Below, piece by piece: positions 28,598 to 37,081 of a DNA stretch of 64,000 nucleotides; position 1 is the stretch's first letter; each line of letters opens with the position of its first letter. The stretch is from a virus (lineage: Duplodnaviria; Caudoviricetes), in IMG/VR virus record IMGVR_UViG_3300037067_021615, positions 1 through 64,000 of that record. One strand, 5' to 3'. A program made the translations under genes and the position numbers. The notes below the pieces were generated by a model, which saw nothing but the letters and a program-made list of their open reading frames with translations, was not told the origin of the DNA and did no database searches.

Positions 28598-29443
28598 TTA
28601 ATTCATTTGTTGATTTACAACAATTTCATCACTTGCCTCTTCACCCCAAGCTGTTACAATTAAATAATACTTTTTATTTTTAAAAATAACTGGCTTTAAT
28701 ACAATCGGGTCAGGTATTTCAATTTTTTGTATTTTGTTGTTTTTTACCTCCATACCTTCCATATTAAAGTCTTTTACTGGAGCGGCTATTTCTAATGGGC
28801 ATTTTAAACTAACTTCTCTACTGAACATGGAACCCATTAATCTGTGTTCATTAATAGTTTCGTGTTCTTCTTTCGTTATGTATATTCTACCCATAGAACG
28901 ACTCTTTCCTCCCATACCGAAACTTGAATAAAAAGTTTCAGTAAAATAACACTCATGTTTATCATGCACATTAAACTGTTCAATGTGCTTTAAGTTCTTA
29001 TCTGGTACGGTTCCTAAATACCTGCTTATTTCACCATAGACCAGTCCATATTTTTGGCAAATTTTATTTACTGAGTCTTCGGTAATAAATTTATAAGTAG
29101 GGTAAGTAATGTTAAAAAAGTTTATAGCCTCAATTAGCTCCTGTTTTTTTTCATTTTCTTTTTGAAGTTTATTAAGCCTTTCTATTTCAATTTCAGCTTC
29201 TTTAACTTCTTTTGTATTCGTAAACCCAAGTATTTTTAATCTTTTACACTTATCCAATAATGCTTATTTATCAGTATCTAAAGAATTAGACACTTTTGCA
29301 GTTGCAAAAAGTTTGTCAACCTCAGTAAAAAATGAATCGTGTATTTCTTCAATAATTTCTACTGTTGTTTTGCCTTTTAAATCTGCCTTTGATTCTGCAA
29401 AGGCCACTTCGTCTTTTGCAGTCTTTTTAAATAATTTAAACAT
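28598..29443 (-). pseudogene. hypothetical gene with one in-frame TAA at 29264-29266
   Basis: ATG at 29443 reads 59 codons to TAA, then continues in frame into track ORF 28598..29257. Confidence 0.7.
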
Positions 29444-29506
29444 AGTTTCTATTTTTAAGTTAATATTTAATAGGATATGTAAGTGTATATTTCGAGTTCA
29501 TTATGT

Positions 29507-29782
29507 TCAATTAAATTGTTGTTTTGAATTTTTGTAATCATTATATTCTTCAATATCAGAAATTTTCTCATTTTTCCAATAGCCACCGAAAATATAACTT
29601 TTGATACCGTCTCCAATTTCCCATGATTGAAGAATATATGTAGTTTCCAACCAACTCCACCATGTGGTTTGTGATGTATATTGGTATATTCTAAGTGGTA
29701 ACAAAGTAAACTTTTTAATTATTCTAAAATGTTCCCATTTTTGGAACTTGCCATCGTTTCCTTTATGTAATTTTTTTTTCAT
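29507..29782 (-). CDS. hypothetical protein downstream of the rRNA-mimic hairpin
   Basis: ORF track. Confidence 0.6.
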   Translation of the reverse strand: MKKKLHKGNDGKFQKWEHFRIIKKFTLLPLRIYQYTSQTTWWSWLETTYILQSWEIGDGIKSYIFGGYWKNEKISDIEEYNDYKNSKQQFN

Positions 29783-29797
29783 AATTCTTTTTTATTA

Positions 29798-29868
29798 AGA
29801 CATTGAGGCGAACTGTTGCGTACTCTTTAAATGAATGGCTGCTTCCAAACCTACATACCTCAATGTCT
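29798..29868 (-). ncRNA. structured RNA mimicking the 23S rRNA GTPase-associated centre (helices 43/44, uL11 site)
   Basis: AGACATTGAGG-TATGTAGGTTTGGAAGCAGCCATTCATTTAAAGAGTACGCAACAGTTCG-CCTCAATGTCT: perfect 11-bp stem closing a 49-nt segment matching recalled 23S positions about 1056-1103. Confidence 0.8.
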
Positions 29869-29939
29869 ATTCAATCAATATTTTACATTCCATTTAAGTT
29901 CGTATTCAATGGTTTATATTTACAACTGTTAGCAAGTAT

Positions 29940-30272
29940 TTAATTCATCTTGTGGCAAAGGTCTGAACTAACATATCTTTTTTGTTCTTCTATATCATCA
30001 GTAGACCATCCATTTGTTCCAATATGAGATACTGAAAAATTATAAGAACCGTTTATTGTTATACATTTCACCCATATTAAGTTGGTACATCTTGGGTGAT
30101 TATATTTTATCATCTCAATGTCTTGTAGTAAAATATCTCTACCCCAGCTCCTTTTTAGTATATGCTCAAGAACAAAATATTCACCATCAGTAGTTATACT
30201 AAGTTTTTCAACATACTTATCTAGTTGGTTTTGTTGTGCTTTATTTATTTGTGCATAGTGTACCATAATCAT
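29940..30272 (-). CDS. hypothetical protein
   Basis: ORF track. Confidence 0.6.
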   Translation of the reverse strand: MIMVHYAQINKAQQNQLDKYVEKLSITTDGEYFVLEHILKRSWGRDILLQDIEMIKYNHPRCTNLIWVKCITINGSYNFSVSHIGTNGWSTDDIEEQKRYVSSDLCHKMN

Positions 30273-30368
30273 CCTTACTAATTGGTAATTTTTCCAATCA
30301 CTCTTTTAAATGTTTAATTTTCATATTTATTAACATTTTGTCTTTATATAATATTAGAAATAGTTTTA

Positions 30369-30830
30369 TTACTTACCATACCACAAATAGGCTGGTTTAA
30401 ATGCTGCTATTGAATAATGGTCTATTGAATGGGCTGTTTCTTGGACATGCCCCCATTCATCAACATATAGTCTCCATCCAAGTTCATTATCTCCATCATG
30501 GTCAGAATCTGCATCCCAACCTCCACATTCTACGTTTTTTGCTTCTTCAGTGTCTAACCACCTCCAAAGAATATCAATCAATTCGTTATCATCTATTTCA
30601 GTCTGTTTTCCCATTCTATCTGTAAATGGGGTAGCTTTGTACCCATCTTTAATTAACCAAGTAAGAACTAATCCTTTTTCTTTAGAATAATACCATCCTG
30701 TAACTTTTTGGGTTTGACCATATTCATTTAATAAAAGCAATTTAACAGCTATGCTTAATTGCTCTTTTGTTTTCCCATTTACATTAAAAATTTTATTGTC
30801 CATATTTAAGCTTTTAATAATTGTTTTCAC
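30369..30830 (-). CDS. hypothetical protein (Trp/Asp-rich)
   Basis: ORF track; DHDGD, GWRLY, WYGK. Confidence 0.7.
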   Translation of the reverse strand: MKTIIKSLNMDNKIFNVNGKTKEQLSIAVKLLLLNEYGQTQKVTGWYYSKEKGLVLTWLIKDGYKATPFTDRMGKQTEIDDNELIDILWRWLDTEEAKNVECGGWDADSDHDGDNELGWRLYVDEWGHVQETAHSIDHYSIAAFKPAYLWYGK

Positions 30831-30837
30831 AATAAAT

Positions 30838-31461
30838 TTATTTATTTTTAATAGTCTTTCTACTTATTTTTCTATCAAACAATCCTCTATGATGTGCTTC
30901 ATAGGCCAAAAGTTTTGTTTTTGTATCTTCAAGAGTATCCATCATACTCCTAAATTGAAGATAATTAATTTCACAAATTTCAATATTTTCATATTCTTCT
31001 TTAACTCCACCTCCAGCACCATTTATTTTATCCTTGTTTGTGGCTACTGCTAAAAAATAATGAATTTTTTCAGTTGAATATCCTGGTGTTGGATAACAAC
31101 AATAACAATATTCAACGTTTTCTTCTTTAAGGTTATATCCCACTTCCTCAAGACATTCTCTAATAAATGTCTTTTTGGGGTCTTCTCCTTTTTTATCAAT
31201 TTTTCCAGCCACTGCTTCGTAAACAAAACCATTTCTTCCTTTAGTATGAGTTGGATATCTATATTGTTTAACTAATACAACAGATTCTGTATCTATATTA
31301 TAAATTAATCCAGCGACTGCATCATGACTCGATATCTTTTGCCGTTTATAAGTTGACACTTTACCGTTTTCATTTGTATCAATAATTACGGCCTCATCAA
31401 TTTTTAGATGCCCATCATACATTCTTTTTTCTTCTTTTATTTCAATTGTTCTTTTTGACAT
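30838..31461 (-). CDS. Nudix hydrolase (ADP-ribose pyrophosphatase, NudF/NudK-like); start MSKRTIE
   Basis: Nudix box AGKID..GED....IRECLEEVG, QYRYP, PGYSTE; starts 2 nt after the pncB stop. Confidence 0.88.
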   Translation of the reverse strand: MSKRTIEIKEEKRMYDGHLKIDEAVIIDTNENGKVSTYKRQKISSHDAVAGLIYNIDTESVVLVKQYRYPTHTKGRNGFVYEAVAGKIDKKGEDPKKTFIRECLEEVGYNLKEENVEYCYCCYPTPGYSTEKIHYFLAVATNKDKINGAGGGVKEEYENIEICEINYLQFRSMMDTLEDTKTKLLAYEAHHRGLFDRKISRKTIKNK

Positions 31462-31462
31462 A

Positions 31463-32665
31463 TTATAACAATTTTTTAAGTCTCTGTTCAGTTTGCCATT
31501 TAACAAATTTAATTGTTTCTTCATCTCCCACATGTTTAGTTGGTGAATCAGATAATTTAATAGCTGGCATACCATTTATTTCAAGTAATTTGATAACAAT
31601 ATTCATTGGTTTAACTCCATCAATATCACAGGTTAAATTAGTTCCAATTCCGTAACTTTTTCTTATTTCTTTTTTGCGATATTCTTGAAGTTTAATTACT
31701 ATTTCTGGATTTAATGCATCAGAATATACAATTGTTTTTGTTGTGGGGTCAATACCTAATTTTTTATAGTGGTCAATCATTTTATCTGTAAAAACGAATG
31801 GGTCTCCACTGTCATGCCTAACCCCTGTAAAAAGATTAGCATACATAGAATCAAAGTCTTGAAGAAATGCATCAGTAGTAAAAGTATCAGTTAATGCGAT
31901 TCCTAAATTTCCATTATACGTCTTTGTCCAAAAATCCATAGCAATTTTATTTGCATGGGCATATCCATACATCGCAGCTATTCCAGACACCCATTCATGT
32001 GCATATGTACCAATTACCTTAATTCCATTATACAATGCAAGTTCTACATTGCTTGACCCAATAAAGTTTGTATGCATCAAAGAATCGCACATTATATTGA
32101 CAACTTGTATATGAACATCTTTTGATTTTGCCCTACGTGTTCCAAAGTCAACCACCTGAGCATTGTTCATATAAAATAGATTGGATTTTAAACTTGTTTT
32201 TTTAAGAACATCTTTAATATTCAATTTTTCATCACCTTGTCCAGTCATTTTGTAATATAATTCGCAAATATCTGACATTAATGTTGTTTCCCAGAGAACT
32301 GTTCTGTACCAGTACCCAGTAATTTGCAAAGACAATTTTCCTTCATATTGAATTATTCCCACTTCACTGGGGTCATATCGGTATCCTTCAAGAAAATCAA
32401 AAAAAGCTGCAGGCAAATAAGGACAAGCTTTTAAAAACTCTTTTTTTCTTTGTGGAGACAATTGTTTGTTTCTATAATTGTCAACTATTTTTCTTAACTC
32501 AACTGCAAATCCATCTGGATAAGCAGTATTATTTCTATCAATAAATTCGTATTTTACTTTTGCTTCTGGGAAGTTCTTAATAATTGCCCACATCATAGAA
32601 AATTTATACAAATCAGCCCAAAGAATCGAATCTTTGTTAATAGGTTCTGAAGATTTAAGTGTCAT
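31463..32665 (-). CDS. pncB: nicotinate phosphoribosyltransferase
   Basis: DLYKFSM, DFGTRR, GTYAHEW, LTDTF, RHDSGDP, GIGTNLT, IKLSD. Confidence 0.95.
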   Translation of the reverse strand: MTLKSSEPINKDSILWADLYKFSMMWAIIKNFPEAKVKYEFIDRNNTAYPDGFAVELRKIVDNYRNKQLSPQRKKEFLKACPYLPAAFFDFLEGYRYDPSEVGIIQYEGKLSLQITGYWYRTVLWETTLMSDICELYYKMTGQGDEKLNIKDVLKKTSLKSNLFYMNNAQVVDFGTRRAKSKDVHIQVVNIMCDSLMHTNFIGSSNVELALYNGIKVIGTYAHEWVSGIAAMYGYAHANKIAMDFWTKTYNGNLGIALTDTFTTDAFLQDFDSMYANLFTGVRHDSGDPFVFTDKMIDHYKKLGIDPTTKTIVYSDALNPEIVIKLQEYRKKEIRKSYGIGTNLTCDIDGVKPMNIVIKLLEINGMPAIKLSDSPTKHVGDEETIKFVKWQTEQRLKKLL

Positions 32666-32709
32666 AATTTAAAATTTATTTTTTAGTATTTTTTAAGTTA
32701 TACGAAAAA

Positions 32710-32967
32710 TTAATCAATATGTTCTCTTATTTCAAGAATTTTTTTTAATTGCTCTTTATAATTTTTAAATTTTTGTATAATAATACCATCTTGATTAGCT
32801 ACCTGTTCTTGTGTTAATCCACGGTAAGCTATATCATCATATATTCCTCTTGTTTCAAGAAAAGAAATATGCTTTTGAATTCTATCTTTATATGCTTTAA
32901 TTCTCTTTGTATCCCATTTTTTAACTAATGTAAGAGGTTGCAAATTTATACCATGTATTGTTTCCAT
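32710..32967 (-). CDS. hypothetical protein; start METIHG
   Basis: ATG follows the TATATTTG promoter at 32986. Confidence 0.6.
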   Translation of the reverse strand: METIHGINLQPLTLVKKWDTKRIKAYKDRIQKHISFLETRGIYDDIAYRGLTQEQVANQDGIIIQKFKNYKEQLKKILEIREHID

Positions 32968-33013
32968 ATTCAATTTATATTTGTGCAAATATACAAACTT
33001 TTTAAGATAAAAA

Positions 33014-34018
33014 TTACGAAATAAAACTTTTTTTAACAATTTCTTGATATTCTACATCTCTTTCAAATTGCAATATTATATTTTCTATTTGTTCACTTGA
33101 TTTATGTCGTTTATGTCTATTTTCGCTTAGTGTTATTATCTTTAAATTCGATATGTGCCCTATAATTTCTGATTTTATGTTGTTCTTAAATCCATCTATT
33201 TTTGACACTTTGTGGTCTAAATCATATCCGTATATTGCTCCTCTTAAATTAATATTTTCTAATTTATTCAATTTTAATGAAATCCTACTAAATTTATTAA
33301 CTTCTATACAGTATTTTTCAAAATCTTTTCTTAGAGACTTTTCAATTTTTGAATTTGCCAAAGAAATTTTATCATTTTTTTTAAACCACTTTTCTGTACC
33401 TTCATCATATCCATATTTATCAATATAATATTTTATTGAGTTTTTATTCTTTTGCTTGTATGTCCATTCATTATATTTTTTTGTCCCCATTTCTTTACCA
33501 TATTTTTTAATTAAATTATTTAATGTTGTGGCCTTTTTATTTTGTATATTTTTAAATATTTCTCCACCTTCAGCATCTCCAAACTTTTCAATATAATAGT
33601 TTAATGTTTTACATTTTTGCATATTTTCATTTCTTTTCTTGTATTTAATTGTTCCATCAGTTTCACCATATTTTTCTATAAACCCTTCAAGTGTATGTGA
33701 ATGAGATAATTTTTTTGATAGCTCTGGAGTTAAAATTTTTTGTAATGTATTTTTATTTTTTCTTGTTTTTTCTGAAGTTCTATTCCCATATAACTTATCA
33801 TATTGTTCTTTATTTATATTATGTAAGTGTAAATGATTGGCATTTATTTCTTTGTATTTCAAACCGCATATTTTGCATTTAACATAATCAATTCCTAAAA
33901 TTCCTTTTATTTTTTTCTGAGTTCTTTTATTTTCTCTGCAAATTGATGAACAGAAATTTTTTTTGTGTTTTGGATTCATTTCGAATTCTTTCCCACATAA
34001 TAAACAATTATTTTTCAT
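33014..34018 (-). CDS. putative HNH homing endonuclease with zinc fingers and four I.KYG repeats
   Basis: CxxC motifs; LDHK...NL.....N..K at C-terminus. Confidence 0.75.
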   Translation of the reverse strand: MKNNCLLCGKEFEMNPKHKKNFCSSICRENKRTQKKIKGILGIDYVKCKICGLKYKEINANHLHLHNINKEQYDKLYGNRTSEKTRKNKNTLQKILTPELSKKLSHSHTLEGFIEKYGETDGTIKYKKRNENMQKCKTLNYYIEKFGDAEGGEIFKNIQNKKATTLNNLIKKYGKEMGTKKYNEWTYKQKNKNSIKYYIDKYGYDEGTEKWFKKNDKISLANSKIEKSLRKDFEKYCIEVNKFSRISLKLNKLENINLRGAIYGYDLDHKVSKIDGFKNNIKSEIIGHISNLKIITLSENRHKRHKSSEQIENIILQFERDVEYQEIVKKSFIS

Positions 34019-34134
34019 ATTTTTATTATAAATAGCTTAAAAAACAAAGACCAGAGATTTAACGATAGTATATTTAACTTTTTTTTATAATTAACGTATA
34101 ATTAAAAAAATAAAATATTTATAAATAAACATTT

Positions 34135-35529
34135 ATGAAAGAATTAAGAAAAAAAATAAGAAATATTTTAGCTGAAGAATTCTTTGAAGGGGGAGAAAAT
34201 TTAAATGGATACACTTTAGAAATTAATATGCCAGTTAAACAAAACGACAAGAAAGATATTTGGGAAATAAAAGAATTATTAAAAAAACATAATTTTAAAA
34301 TGTATATTGTGGGTGGTGCTACGAGAGATACTGTCAAAAACGCTATAAAGTTACAAAAAAATCCAATGGACACAACCATTGATATTCCAAAAGACTTTGA
34401 TTTAGTTACAGACGCTACCCCAAATGAGGTAAATAATATTTTTAAAAATGCAGATTTTATTTCAAATATTTTAAATATTGGAGAATCTTTTGCAATTGAG
34501 TTTCTTGTTACAAAAAATGGGAATAAATATGAATTAGCCACTTTGAGAAGTGAATCGGGAGGTGGTAGAAAACCAGATTATGTACAATATGAAAAGACAA
34601 TAGAAAAAGATGCTCAGAGAAGAGATTTAAAAATTAATGCTTTATACTATAAAATATTAAATGAAACTGAAAACGGGTTTTATGGAATAGTATATGATTT
34701 AGTGGGCGGAATAAGAGATATAAAAAACAATGAATTGAATACCGTTGGAAATCCTACAGATAGATTTGCTGAAGACCCACTAAGAAAATTAAGAGCAATA
34801 AGATTTGCTGCAAGAATGGGGTCTAAAATTCCAGGGAATGTTGCAGACGCCATTAAAGATGGGGACACATCATTAATAGACCCCACTGGAAAAATTGTAT
34901 CAAATGAGAGAATAAGAGATGAATTTTATAAGGGAATTAAAGGGTCAAAAAGTATAAAATATTTTCTTGATTTGTTGGCTGAATTTAATTTTTTTAAGCA
35001 CATATTTGCAGACCTTAAAATTAATCCAAACTATTTTATAGAGGAAAAGCATCCAATTATTTTAGTATCTAACTTATTAAAGGATAATAATATAAAAGAA
35101 ATAAGTAAAAATTTAACTATAAAGAAATACAGTATAGACGAAATAAATTGCATTATTTTTCTTATTTCTTTGATTAATTTAGATGAGAATGCAGTGTCAG
35201 CAATAAAAAAGTTCTATCTTCAAAAAATAAAGAATGCAAAGCCAAAAATTAATGAAAAAATTTATTCTATGACAGATGATGTGATATATAAATTTGCTAA
35301 CATAGGCCAAATAGATAAAATTAAAGTTCATAATTTATTAAGACTTGCAAATGAATTTATACAGCCTTCTGAGCTATTAAAATCTTTGGGATATCAAGAT
35401 AAAGATTTAGGAATAGCAATCACAAGGTTAGAAAAAGAATTCTATAATAATCCAGATAGAATTAAAAAAATACTTGATTCTAAAAATGCAGAAGAAATAA
35501 AAAAAATAATATTTATTAGTAAAGCATAA
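34135..35529 (+). CDS. CCA-adding enzyme / poly(A) polymerase family nucleotidyltransferase
   Basis: VGGATRD, DFDLVT, RRDLKINA, EDPLRKLRAIRF, ERIRDE. Confidence 0.92.
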   Translation: MKELRKKIRNILAEEFFEGGENLNGYTLEINMPVKQNDKKDIWEIKELLKKHNFKMYIVGGATRDTVKNAIKLQKNPMDTTIDIPKDFDLVTDATPNEVNNIFKNADFISNILNIGESFAIEFLVTKNGNKYELATLRSESGGGRKPDYVQYEKTIEKDAQRRDLKINALYYKILNETENGFYGIVYDLVGGIRDIKNNELNTVGNPTDRFAEDPLRKLRAIRFAARMGSKIPGNVADAIKDGDTSLIDPTGKIVSNERIRDEFYKGIKGSKSIKYFLDLLAEFNFFKHIFADLKINPNYFIEEKHPIILVSNLLKDNNIKEISKNLTIKKYSIDEINCIIFLISLINLDENAVSAIKKFYLQKIKNAKPKINEKIYSMTDDVIYKFANIGQIDKIKVHNLLRLANEFIQPSELLKSLGYQDKDLGIAITRLEKEFYNNPDRIKKILDSKNAEEIKKIIFISKA

Positions 35530-35533
35530 AACT

Positions 35534-35923
35534 GTGAAAAATATAAATGAAAATATTTCTGATGAAACAATAAAGGATGTTTATAAAAGTGCTTTTAAAG
35601 AAAGAAGTATCACTATAAAAGATTTTAAAATAGAACATGATGATGAAAATAGCACAGATTATTTTCATATTATTACTCCATTGGGAATTCACTTTTGGGT
35701 AAAATGGCATTCTAATATAAATATTGCTTATTTTATTAGTGTTGTTAACGAGGAAGAGTCTGATATGAAAACAATTAAAAACCCAAATGCCAACATTTTG
35801 GTTGATTATATAGCATTAGAATATAAAAAATTAGTAAAAAAACAAAATATTTTGAAACAAATATTATCACTTATTCTTGAAAATGACTATAATTCTAGTC
35901 AAAATCCTTTATTAAGAGATTAA
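35534..35923 (+). CDS. hypothetical protein
   Basis: ORF track. Confidence 0.55.
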   Translation: MKNINENISDETIKDVYKSAFKERSITIKDFKIEHDDENSTDYFHIITPLGIHFWVKWHSNINIAYFISVVNEEESDMKTIKNPNANILVDYIALEYKKLVKKQNILKQILSLILENDYNSSQNPLLRD

Positions 35924-36012
35924 AAATTAAGAATTTTTTCCCGTTTCTTGCATACAATATTTAGATTTTGATTTTTTTTATTATATTTATATAAAAATCA
36001 AATAAAAACAAT

Positions 36013-36465
36013 ATGGACCTAAAAGAGTTTAGAGAATATGTTATTGAAAACGCTCGAAAATATATTTTTGAAGGTGATGAATTAGATGAAACTAAACAAA
36101 AAATTTTAAAACAACCAGAATTACCTAAATTAACTAAACCTTCCTTTACAAAAAAAGATATCAATAAAGTACCGAAAGTTCCAAAAGTGCCAAAAGAGCC
36201 AGATGCTCCAGAAGCAAAGGCAATTAAACCACCAGAAAAGAAGGCAATAAATGAAAGTATTTCTCCTGAAAAAATTAAGCTTTTAGCGGAAGAAATGAAG
36301 AAAATTAATAAAAAAATTGACTTAAGAAACCCATTAATTAGTCCAGAATTATTTAATATTATATCTGAAGAAAAAAATATTGAAAATACTATAGAAAAAG
36401 AAGACCAATCAAAAAGATGGAAAAATTTATATAACTATGAAGTTCCGAAAGATGATTTAAGATAA
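36013..36465 (+). CDS. late-class Lys/Pro-rich protein
   Basis: EFREYVIEN leader, KVP repeats. Confidence 0.65.
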   Translation: MDLKEFREYVIENARKYIFEGDELDETKQKILKQPELPKLTKPSFTKKDINKVPKVPKVPKEPDAPEAKAIKPPEKKAINESISPEKIKLLAEEMKKINKKIDLRNPLISPELFNIISEEKNIENTIEKEDQSKRWKNLYNYEVPKDDLR

Positions 36466-36467
36466 AA

Positions 36468-36497
36468 TAAAAACCCCACGAATTGTGGGGTTTTTTT
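36468..36497 (+). terminator. intrinsic terminator
   Basis: AAAACCCCAC-GAATT-GTGGGGTTTTTT. Confidence 0.85.
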
Positions 36498-36580
36498 ATA
36501 TCCGTAGCTATATATTTTTACAATTTTGACTATAAATATAATAACCATATTTTGATATTTCCTTAATTTTAAATATATTT

Positions 36581-37057
36581 GTGATTAAAAATAAAATGGA
36601 TATTATAAAAGGACAATATAATTTTAAAAAAGACATTTGTACTGGAACAATCGGAGAAGATGAAATAATAAATTATATGAAAAATCTTGGATATGATTTT
36701 ATAGAAAAAAATCATGATTATAAGTATGATTTAAAAATGTTATATAATAAAACAAATAAAATATATACTTATGAAATTAAGACTGATGTATATCCTAAAG
36801 ACACTGGAAATATTGTTATAGAATTTGAAAGTAGAAATAAACCATCTGGAATTGCGGCCACAGAGGCAGATTATTTTGTGACTTATTTTAAACATTTTGG
36901 TGAAATATGGAATATAAGTACTAATAAACTAAAATTAATGATTTCTTATTTAAATCCCATAATATATGAAAATTCTGGAGACTTAGGCAGCAACACTAAA
37001 CTTTATTGTTTTAAAAAAAAAGAAGTTTCGGAATATTTCAAAATTCATAAAATATAA
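36581..37057 (+). CDS. PD-(D/E)xK-family nuclease-like protein
   Basis: GE, YDL, EIKTD, GN..IE. Confidence 0.7.
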   Translation: MIKNKMDIIKGQYNFKKDICTGTIGEDEIINYMKNLGYDFIEKNHDYKYDLKMLYNKTNKIYTYEIKTDVYPKDTGNIVIEFESRNKPSGIAATEADYFVTYFKHFGEIWNISTNKLKLMISYLNPIIYENSGDLGSNTKLYCFKKKEVSEYFKIHKI

Positions 37058-37081
37058 CTATTTATAAAAAATATTATTTAA

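Noticed and set aside
29264-29266. Stop-codon reassignment (as in some Lak or crAss-like phages)
   Set aside because: Long genes translate intact in code 11, and TAA, TAG and TGA all terminate genes; this is a single isolated case
29798-29868. Genuine rRNA gene or host contamination
   Set aside because: Similarity is limited to about 49 nt within a non-rRNA stem, flanked by AT-rich phage ORFs
31463-32665. NAMPT (NadV) of NARP2
   Set aside because: Motifs (DLYK, DFGTRR, AHEW, GIGT) are of the nicotinate PRTase type
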